This document shows, piece after piece, positions 1 to 9,963 of a stretch of DNA of 64,000 nucleotides. The DNA is from Octopus sinensis (taxonomy: Eukaryota): assembly GCF_006345805.1 (NCBI RefSeq), contig NC_043000.1:80662001-80726000 (forward strand), in the 5' to 3' direction. A program made the position numbers and the translations under genes. Positions within the stretch are counted from its first letter, which is position 1. Each line of letters begins with the position of its first letter. The notes beneath the pieces were generated by a model. The model was not told the origin of the DNA and searched no databases. It saw only the letters and a program-made list of their open reading frames with translations.

Positions 1-678
1 ACACTCAGAAAACAGATTCCATCACACTCCAGGGAGAGAAACTAGAAGTAGTTGATAGTTTCCGCTACTTGGGTGACCAAGTTAGTAGTGGAGGTGGATG
101 CACAGAGAGTATCACCACTAGAATACGAATAGCCTGGGCAAAGTTCAGAAAGCTCCTACCCCTACTGGCGACAAAGGGTCTCTCCCTCAGAGCGAAAGGT
201 AGATTGTATGATGCATGTGTGCAAACTGCCATGCTTCACGGTAGTGATTATAGATAATATACAGATATTTGCAAAAGGGACATGGGCTGTGACTGCAGAG
301 GACATGCGTAGACTTGAAAGAAATGAAGCTAGCATGATCCGCTGGATGTGTAATGTCAGTGTGCACGCACGACAGAGTGTAAGCACCCTGAGAGAAATGC
401 TGGATATAAGAAGCATCAGATGTGGTGTGCAAGAGCGACGCTTGCGATGGTATGGTCATGTGCTGCGGATGGATGAGGAGAGATGTGTGAAGAAGTGCCA
501 CTCCCAAACAGTTGAAGGTATCAGGGGGAGAGGTAGACCCAGGAAGACATGGGATGAGGTAGTCAAGCATGACCTCAGAGCGTTGGGCCTCACTGAGGCA
601 ATGGCGAAGGACCGAGATCTCTGGAGATATGCTGTGACTGCAAAGACCCGGGCTGCTTCCTGCATCAGTTCCGCATAG
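1..678 (+). mobile_element. RTE/RTEX-clade LINE, 3' part of ORF2 (RT C-terminal region), disrupted by a 32-bp insertion; runs in from before the window
   Basis: Translations LEVVDSFRYLGDQ..RIRIAWAKFRKLLPLL..LYDACVQTAMLHGS and RLRWYGHVLRMDEE..GRGRPRKTW; homologous to the copies at 5.6-7.5, 15-18 and 53-54.6 kb. Confidence 0.9.
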
Positions 679-1092
679 CCCCTGCCCATTCAGACAGGGC
701 AAATATTCTGAATGGGTTCGGCTGAGGAGCTACAAATAAAGGTATATTATGTGAGTAAAATTACATAATTTATTAATTCATTAATAGCGAAACAATTGTC
801 CCGAACTAATTTGAATTTTTGTTATGTTTATTTGCCCTGTCTGTGCCAGTAGCTGTGCTAATATTCATCGGAGATATTTTTTATGTGGCTGAAGCCCAAT
901 GGATCTATTTTTAGTGCTAGAGTAGACCACATAGTGGTCGCTCTCTTATATTTACATATATATATATATATATATATATGCCAGCATGGAAAATGAACGC
1001 CAAAGGTTGATGACGATAATGATATTTTGTATATGTATATATACATGTGTGAGTATACACGTGTGGGAAATTGCATGTGTGTGTGTATGTGT

Positions 1093-1393
1093 TGATTATA
1101 GATAATATACAGATATTTGCAAAAGGGACATGAAGGCCTGCAACATCAATATTAGCAACTGAGAAGCAGTTGCCAGCAACCGTGGAGATAGGTGGCATAC
1201 CGTAAAAGAGGGAACACAAAGGAGTGACAGAGGGAGAGAGGAGAAATGGAAAAACAAGAAAAGACGTCAACAAGAAACTATGACATTACAACCATCCAAG
1301 CAAAGTCTTTGCTACATTTGCGGCACCTGCCAGAGGGAGTGTTTGTCCAGAATAAGACTTCACAGCCACAGCAGGAGATGTATTAGGACATGA
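1093..1393 (+). mobile_element. RTE-BovB-like LINE, 3' ORF fragment with C-terminal C2H2-type finger
   Basis: Manual translation YTDICKRDMKACNINISN*EAVASNR..YICGTCQRECLSRIRLHSHSRRC* (TGA 1391-1393). Confidence 0.75.
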
Positions 1394-1447
1394 AATAAAA
1401 AAAAAAAGCCAGAATAGATTATTTTATGCCCAACTCCATTGTCTCCC

Positions 1448-1960
1448 AATCATCATCATTGTGTATCTATTTTCCATGCTGGTATGTGTAAGATGGTTTG
1501 TCCGAAACTGGTAAGCCAGAGAGCTGTATCAGACTCCAGTCTGTTTTGGTTTGGTTTCTATGATTTGATGCCCTTCCTAACATCAACTACTCCACAGAGT
1601 GTACTGGGTGTTTTTTATGTGTTACGAACACAGGTGCCTTTTATATGTCACTGACACAGATGCCTTGTACATGTTACTGGCTTGGATGCCTTTTACATGT
1701 CACTAGCACTGGTGTCTTTTGTGTGTCACTGGCACAGTTGTAGTTTGCTTGTCATTAACATGGGTGCCTTTCACATATTACTGGTACTGGTCATGACTAT
1801 GATTTCACTAAGCTTGATGTGTCTTCTCAAGCTCAACAAATCACCAAAAGTCTCAGTTCTTTGTCATCTCCTCTGTGAGACTCAAAATCCAAAGATCATA
1901 TTTCACCACCTCCTCCCACATTTTCCTGATTCTACCTCTTCCACATGTTCCCTCCATAGT
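1448..1960 (-). mobile_element. Old RTE 3' UTR and ORF-end remnant
   Basis: (CAT)n tail, similarity to 5651-6400 (tttccatgc, gatgcccttcctaa); ORF end remnant near 1900-1950. Confidence 0.6.
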
Positions 1961-2319
1961 TAGAGTTTGATAGACATCCATACATACAAACATGGTACAT
2001 AGTTACATAACACACACACACACAGACATGCACACACAAAGAGAGAGAGGTGCATACATATACAAACACATGCTCACATACACACACATAGAAATACACA
2101 AACACGGACAGGCAAGCACATAAATATGCAGGATACATACATACAGATGCACACACATAGATACATACATATGCATACACACATATATATACATACATAC
2201 ACATGCAAACACACACACACATACATGCGTACATGCATGCATGTATAGGCACACACACGTACTGACCCACTGACCCACACACGTGAGCACAAACAAACAA
2301 AAGGGAACACAGTGTAAAT

Positions 2320-2462
2320 AATGGACAGAGTCAAGACTATTGAAAAGGTTGCAAGACGCAACAAAAATTTTAGAAAATAAAGATGAGAAATAAGTGGAAA
2401 TTTTACCAGTGAGTGTGTTAAATAATAAAGCACTAAAAGATAATGACTCTCCCCAGACACAA
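2320..2462 (-). mobile_element. Short dispersed repeat, probably an L1/Tx1 5' UTR piece (second copy about 22695-22870)
   Basis: Shared accagtgagtgtgtta..taataa.gca.taa.a.a.atgactct..ccagacac with 22.7-22.87 kb; family assignment is from recollection. Confidence 0.4.
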
Positions 2463-2600
2463 CAGAATAAAATTATGTTAATTAGATTAAATTAAATTAA
2501 GTTAAATTAAAGATAGGTTAGTATCAACAGGGTAGAAATGTAAATAGGAGATAAATGATGAAGAATTAGAGCAAGATAACTTAGCTGGTCATTTCATTGC

Positions 2601-3003
2601 ACGCAAGTGTGCTTATGAGGTAAGAAGTTTGTTTCCCAACTACATGGTTCCAGGTTCAGTCCCACTTCATGGCGTCTTAGGCAAGTGTCTTCTACAATAA
2701 CCTCAAGCTAATCAAAACCTTGAGAGTGGATTTGGTAGAGAGAAACTGAAAAAAGCACATTATATATATGTGTGTGTGTGTGTGTTTATGTCTATGTTTT
2801 CCCTCACTACCATTTGACAAATGGTGTTGATGTGTGTATAGCTTTGTAACTTACCACTTTGACAAAAAGAGACTGACAAAATAAGTAACAAGTTTTTAAA
2901 AAAATAAGTACTGGGGTTAATTCATTTAACTAAAAGAAATTCTTTAATGCAGTGCCCCAGCATGGTCACAGGCTAATGACTGAAGCAAGTAAACGATAAA
3001 AGG
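2601..3003 (+). mobile_element. tRNA-head SINE (major family), diverged copy
   Basis: ggtaagaagtttgtttcccaac..ggttcagtcccac..ggcaagtgtcttcta..internal (TA/TG)n..cagcatggtcacag..gactgaagcaagt; more than 10 homologous copies in window. Confidence 0.85.
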
Positions 3004-3439
3004 TATAAAGTGTCCAGGCAGCTGAAATCCAGATCTGATCAATAAAAATATTTCATGAATAATATATTAAACATAAAAGTCAGTTTGAGAGACAAACGCA
3101 TATTTATTTAAGTGCATGACATCATTAGGATTATGGCCATTTCACAATTTTCTCCATGTTGTATTAATTTCAATGTGGAAAGAATATTGCTTATAAGTTT
3201 GCATTGATATACATGCTCTGCTCAGAATTATGCAATTTTATAATCGCAAATAAATACACATAAAAAAAGCTTGCTCATCAGATCACCACAACATCATGGT
3301 TACATCAATGATTTAGGAATATTACATTTCTCAGCATTGGTTTACTCTGTGAAGTGTTAGCTGAGTTCATAAGCGGAGCCTTCTGTGATATCCACATGAT
3401 TCTCTGAATCCACATTTTATACTACTCAATTATATATAA

Positions 3440-3458
3440 ATACAAACATGCATACCTA

Positions 3459-3497
<39 letters not shown>

Positions 3498-3498
3498 T

Positions 3499-3579
<81 letters not shown>

Positions 3580-3834
3580 ATATACATACATACATATACA
3601 TATATATATATATATATCTATATATATATATATAATGTAATGTAATATTATATAATATATTGTGCAGTGTACTCAAACTCAGTCAGGTATAGAACTATTA
3701 TTGGATCATGTTAATGCAATAATGTGCATAATATGTGAAATACCCAATATCTACCAGCTGATATGATATATATATATATATGTGTATATATATGTATATA
3801 TATGTGTATATATATGTATATATATGTGTATATA

Positions 3835-3882
<48 letters not shown>

Positions 3883-3888
3883 AATATT
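3440..3888. repeat. (TA)n/(TG)n compound microsatellite cluster
   Basis: Direct inspection. Confidence 0.95.
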
Positions 3889-4121
3889 TGTATCCTTTCA
3901 AAATGTGACCGCGTGTGTACCGTTGGCGATTTTTTTTCCTCTATCTTCCCTTCTCTGGATCTTCCCTTCTCTGGATCTTTCCTTCTCCTATGTTTCCGCC
4001 GAAGAGCTCTGCTTGAAACATTAAACCCTCCTTCTTTCCTTCTTTCCTGAGCGTCCAATAATACTATATTTGTTCCACGTCCTCGCGTTGTTGTGTTTTT
4101 TGTGCTTTCTTGTTTGGATTA

Positions 4122-4125
<4 letters not shown>
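3889..4125 (+). mobile_element. Penelope-like terminal repeat fragment with decayed hammerhead motif and a 16-bp tandem duplication
   Basis: gtttccgccgaagagctctgcttgaaacattaaac (3992-4026) parallels the intact motif at 57753-57787; tcttcccttctctgga occurs twice. Confidence 0.55.
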
Positions 4126-4189
<64 letters not shown>

Positions 4190-4196
<7 letters not shown>

Positions 4197-4537
4197 ATAT
4201 TTCGGAATAGTCATTTTGCCAGTTTAGCCAATAAAAACACACGCACTATATATTTGGTGTTATTTTGCTTCAGTGTTATTTATTTTTTACATTAATCTTA
4301 ATCTTATTTCGGCCAGAGTTCTTTCGTCACACTCCTGTGACCGCATCAGTGGTCCTTTGTTTTCTTCTTTTTTTATTTGTGTCTCTCCTTACTAACAGTC
4401 AGCCATTTTGTATTTCTATTGTATGTCTTCATTTGTGCATGCTTATATCTTATTCTTATTTTGTTCATGTGTTTACATCCACTTATTATTATTATTATCA
4501 TTACGTATGCTTGCATGTATGTATAACAACAATACTA

Positions 4538-4588
<51 letters not shown>

Positions 4589-4760
4589 TTATTTCTATTT
4601 GTTTATTTATCTGTGTATTTTATTATGTTTTCAGTTTTGTTTATATTGTAACCTGTTTATGGGGATCCTCTACCGTCATATGTTGTGGTGTGTGGTAGTG
4701 TTCCATTCCAGTTTCCTATTGGCTAAACTGGCAAAATGACCATTCCGAAATATAACAATA
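4190..4760. mobile_element. MITE with 44-bp terminal inverted repeats and internal (AAT)n
   Basis: 4190-4233 and 4717-4760 are reverse complements with 1 mismatch; no ORF. Confidence 0.9.
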
Positions 4761-4818
4761 TCTGTTTCAACACTCAACTTCACATAAAAAAATCTTGCAC
4801 AACAAATATATATATATA

Positions 4819-4856
4819 TTGATTGATTCTAGTTTCAGCTCATGAGCTGTGGCCAT
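4819..4856 (-). mobile_element. Extreme 3' tip of the CR1-like LINE
   Basis: tctagtttcagctcatgagctgtggccat matches 21228-21256 with 1 mismatch. Confidence 0.7.
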
Positions 4857-4965
<109 letters not shown>

Positions 4966-5650
4966 TAGATATATATGTATATATATGGTTCACAGATGAG
5001 ATCCAGTGATTCTCCATATAGAAGATACTTAGTAGTGCTCAAAAGATTCAAACTTAGACTCTAATGTATTTACAGGGGATCATTCTACAAAGTAGAGGAA
5101 GGCTATAAGAAGGATCAAGTTGAGTGCATATAGAGGCAGTTGTATGTATAAACAAATTATATACATCAAATATATTAAATATATTAAACAGATCAAATAC
5201 AAAATATGTTCATACGTATATATACAAAATGAGAGAAAGCAAAATGCAGAAACTTTCAGGTGAGGAATTTCTATGTATAAATATGTAGATATTTATATTG
5301 ATAGATGCAACTTACACAGAGTAAAATGACAGAAAATTAAATTCTTTGCTATAAGATCTGAAATGTAAGATCTCTACCCTGTTGATGGAGGGTCATCTCA
5401 TTCAATGTTAACTGCATCCATATGGCTGCATATGATGAACTAAACTACCAACATTATTGTAGATTGCTGAGACCCCAGAAACAGCTGTTGGGCTTATAAC
5501 ACCTCTCTTCCACTCCTTTAAGTTTTTCTGTCATTTGTAGTCTGTGTATTAATATAAATATCTATATATTCATACACATTTAATATATTTAATATATTTT
5601 ATATATCTGATGTGTCTAATTTGTTTATCTGCACAGTTGCCCATATATAC

Positions 5651-7469
5651 ATATCATCATCATCATTTAATGTCCGCTTTCCATGCCAGCATGGGTTGGA
5701 CATATGACTGAGGGCTGATGAACCAGATGGCTGCACCAGGCTTCAATCTTGATCTGGCAGAGTGTCTACAGCTGGATGCCCTTCCTAATGCCAACCACTC
5801 CGAGAGTGTAGTGGGTGCCCTTTACGTGCCACCGGCATGGGGCCAGTCAGGCGGCACTGGCAAGGACCTCGCTCGAATCTTTTACACATGCCACCAGCAT
5901 GGGTGCCAGTAAGGTGATGCTGGTAACGATCATGTTCGAATGGTGTTTTTTTTATGTGCTACCAGCACGGAGGCCAGATAGCTGATCTGGCAATGATCAT
6001 GCTCGGATGGTGCTCTTAATATCTTACTAGCATGGGGCTCGAGTGCCAGGAATGCGACGCTGGTAATTATCACGCTTGAATGGTGCCTTTTATGTGCCAC
6101 TGTCATGGAAGCCAGTTAGCCACTCTGTCAATGATTACACTTGTATGGTGCACTTTGCACCCCGCTAGCACGGACACCAGTCATCGAATTTGATTTTGAT
6201 TTTTGATTTTTTATTTCACTTGCCTCATTAGGTCTTCACAAGCAGAGTTTTAGTATCCAAAGAAGTAAAAGGTATGCATAAGTGGGCTAGTAATGCTCCT
6301 GGCATAGGCCATGAGATTATGGTCTCATTTGGCTTGCCAGGTCTTCTCACGCATGGCATATTTTCAAAAGTCTCGGTCACTAGTCATTTCCTTGGTGAGG
6401 CCCAAAGTTCGATGGTCGTGCTTCACCACTTCATCCCAGGTCTTCCTGGGTCTACCTCTTCCACAGGTTCCCTCAACTGCCAGGGTGTGGTACTTTTTCA
6501 CACAGCTGTCCTCATCCATTCTCACCACATGACCATATCAGCGCAGTCGTCTCTCTTGCACACCACATCTGATGCTTCTTAGGTCCAACATTTCTCTCAA
6601 GGTACTTACACTCTGTCGAGTATGCACACTGACATTACACTTCCATCGGATCACACTGGCTTCATTCCTTTCGAGCTTACGCTTGTCCTCCACAGTCACA
6701 ACCCATGTTGCACTGCCATGTAGCATGGCTGTTCGTACACATGCATCATACAGTCTACCTTTTACTCTGAGCGAGAGGCCCTTAGTCACCAGCAGAGGTA
6801 AGAGCTCTCTGAACACTGCCCAAGCTATTCTTATTCTAGCAGCTACACTTCCAGCACACCCTCACCCACTACTGACTTGGTCACTTAGGTAACGGAAACT
6901 ATCAACTACTTCTAGTTTTTCTCCCTGGAATGTGGCGGAAGTTGTTCTCTGTGCATTTTCCATGCTTATTGCTCCCGAGCATCTGCCACATAAAAATCTA
7001 TCTTCCTAGTTAGCCTTCCCTTGACGTTGCTGCACCTCTTATGTGTCCATAGCTTACACTGGGTACATCTTAGAGAGTTTCTACTTACGCCTCTACTACA
7101 GATCGAGCAGAGCAATCTACCTGAAGGGATTTGTGGTATGCCTGCCTTCCTACTTATTAGGACTTTGGTTTTAGCTAGGTTGACTCTAAGGCCCTTCGAT
7201 TCTAATCCTTCTTTCCACACTTGAAACTTCTCCTCTAGTTCTGATAGTGACTCAGCAATTAGAGCAAGATCATCAGTATAGAGGAGCTCCCAGGGGCATC
7301 CTGTCTTGAATTCCCCCGTTATTGCCTGGAGGACTATGATAAATAGGAGGGGACTGAGGACTGAACCTTGATGAACCCCTACCTCTACCCTGAATTCTTC
7401 AGTGTACTCGTTGCCAATCCTTACTTTACTTACAGTGTCCCTGTACATGGCTTGCACAGCTCTCATTAA

Positions 7470-7471
<2 letters not shown>
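5651..7471 (-). mobile_element. 5'-truncated RTE/RTEX LINE (RT core, PHD-like finger, 3' UTR, (GAT)n tail)
   Basis: ORF 6966-7466 GVHQGSVLSPLLF..LLYTDDLAL..CSICSRGVSRNSLRCTQCKLWTHKRC; ORF 6538-6816; atcatcatc tail at 5653-5667. Confidence 0.92.
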
Positions 7472-7532
<61 letters not shown>

Positions 7533-7598
7533 TGTGTGCGTGTGTGTGTGTGTATGTATGTATATATAACTATATTAATGACAGACTATACTAAGAGA

Positions 7599-8021
7599 AT
7601 GAGAAAAACTTTTATATAGGCTTTTGGTGCAATATGCATGTTTGTTTGCTTATATTAGCAGCAGAAAGATAACTCCCCATCAACTCCTGCACCAAGATCA
7701 CCAGATCATGTGATTTCAATCTTGTTTGGTCTCATTGGTGACTGACACCAGACTGCTTGAGACAGCAGTGACTCATCTCTCCACTGGCAAAGTAAAACAC
7801 CAGTGCCTGTTCTGGTATTGAATTTCTATATATTGCTAGTGGAGAGTTGAGTTGTTGCTATCTCTATCAGTCAAGTATCCATGGCCAATCAGATCAAAGA
7901 AGATGAAACCATGTGATCTGGTGGTCTCACTGCAGGAGTTGTCTGGGGGTTATCTCCCAATTGGTAATATAAGCAAAGAAACATGCATTTTGCACTGAAA
8001 GCCTATATCAGTTTCTCTCAT
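7599..8021. mobile_element. Imperfect palindromic (foldback) element, MITE-like
   Basis: Arms of about 190 bp align in reverse complement, e.g. gtgcaatatgcatgtttgtttgcttatatta vs taatataagcaaagaaacatgcattttgcac; caccagatca vs tgatctggtg. Confidence 0.75.
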
Positions 8022-8130
8022 GGTAAATACTACAGTAAAATCTCTTCTGACAGAACATCTCCATTTAAATAGGAATATATATATATATATATATATATAC
8101 AAAGAGCAATATATATATACAAAGAGCAAT

Positions 8131-8337
8131 AAGGTTCAGTCCTCAGTCCCCTCCTATTTATCATAGTCCTCCAGGCAATAACGGAGGAATTCAAGACAGG
8201 ATGCCCCTGGGAGCTCCTCTATACTGATGATCTTGCTCTAATTGCTGAGTCACTATCAGAACTAGAGGAGAAGTTTCAAGTGTGGAAAGAAGGATTAGAA
8301 TCAAAGGGCCTTAGAGTCAACCTAGCTAAAACCAAAG
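8131..8337 (+). repeat. 207-bp inverted copy of the internal RT segment 7163-7369
   Basis: 2 mismatches seen over 207 bp; shares the private variants tatactgatgatctt and cagtcccc. Confidence 0.9.
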
Positions 8338-8555
8338 AGTCTTCTGTGAGTATATAATCCCTCATCATATCTATGGAAATTCATATGGATTAGGTCACCT
8401 TCTCTGTGATGCTACCAAAACTTTTTTAAAATTCTGTGATAAGACTATGCATCATCTTTAAAGAACTTTAATGAACTTTAGAAATCTGTTTAATTATCTA
8501 CATTACTTCATGAGTATAGCCTCAAACACTAGGATGTCTAGAGAACTTACATGTA

Positions 8556-8645
8556 TTTTAGCTGATGAGTACGGGACTCGTTTATATGCTGTAATCTTGC
8601 AACTTTTAATAAAACCTGTCCTTGTATGAAACGATCGTACTAAAA
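8556..8645 (+). ncRNA. Minimal type I hammerhead ribozyme motif (Penelope-associated) with long stem II
   Basis: Stem I ttttag/ctaaaa; CTGATGA 8562-8568; stem II gtac..ggac..gtttat / ataaaac..gtcc..gtat; GAAA 8628-8631; C-GATC-G-TA, cleavage after A8639. Confidence 0.75.
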
Positions 8646-8673
8646 ACTATCCATTCTTGTTGCTTCTTTCTCG

Positions 8674-8719
<46 letters not shown>

Positions 8720-8723
<4 letters not shown>

Positions 8724-9830
8724 TAAATTAGAGATAAAACCACTATTAGGCAAATCAAACAATGAAAAAAAAGCCAATACATAAAATTAATTGATTTATG
8801 TTATTTTAAATATATATCAAAAGTATTAAAAGTGTAATAAAAGATAAAGAGTAAAACACTACGATCGTTTCATGGCTGTACAATTCGTAATAATTCAAGT
8901 TATGGTTACAGTCAATCTTCAGGTTAATTGAAATATCTAAAATATAATCAGAAATATTTAAACAATATTTTTAAGATATAAATAATATAATAATTTTACT
9001 TATAATAAACTCTATTATCAAACTAGAAACATAAAACTTAACAATTATAATTATATCAAAATCGACTATAATGTTAAATATTAATTTTAATTTATAAGGT
9101 AGGAAACCCACCAATAATCTAATATCGGTATTAGTCTATATCTAATTACATAAATATTTAAAAATGACTAATATATATAAATTATCAATGAAAATATATA
9201 AATGTATATAAATATTAAGATCTAAAATAATCTCTATAAATAAATATATATGCACATATATAAAAACCTAATAAATTATTTTTCATATTTAAAGATGAAA
9301 TAGCTAATTTCAAAATACAAATAAACAAACTTAAACGAACTTTCGGAAATCTTATGTAAAATACTTATAGAAATAATCAATTCGTAGTAATATAGTATCG
9401 AATAAATACTATAAATATAATTATCAATGGGAATAACAAGCGAATATCAATTTAAGAAATAACTAAGTTATGCTATTAAATTAGACATGGCCTGGACCAA
9501 TCTTTAGTCGAAACATATTAAGTTTATCAAGTTTATCTAATTTAATTATAAATTTAAAACTACAATTAATACTATTAAAACATGTATATACAAAAGCCTA
9601 ACTTAATACACCTCGTATGCTTGCTATCAAATACAAATCTATTGCTAAGTAGTATCTTACGAATAAACTTAAATTTAATATCTAATAATATAGAAAATTA
9701 CGATAATTAGATCATTACATAAACAACGATATTTACATAAGGAAAATATTATTACACCAAAGACTTATACAATATTAACATTTACAATTTGAAGATCTTA
9801 AATATAAATAAATACTTATCTTAGCGAGGT
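8720..9830 (-). mobile_element. Very AT-rich putative Penelope-related non-coding region with degenerate hammerhead at 8853-8929
   Basis: Minus strand CTGAAGA-ttgactgta..tacagccat-GAAA-cgatcg-TA; right boundary uncertain. Confidence 0.4.
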
Positions 9831-9963
9831 TTAGCAATGAACTCATATATATATATATATATATAATATATATAATATATATATATATATGTATATGTAT
9901 ATGTATATATATATATATTATATATAAGTGCAGGTATGGCTGTGTGGTAAGAAGCTTGATTCC

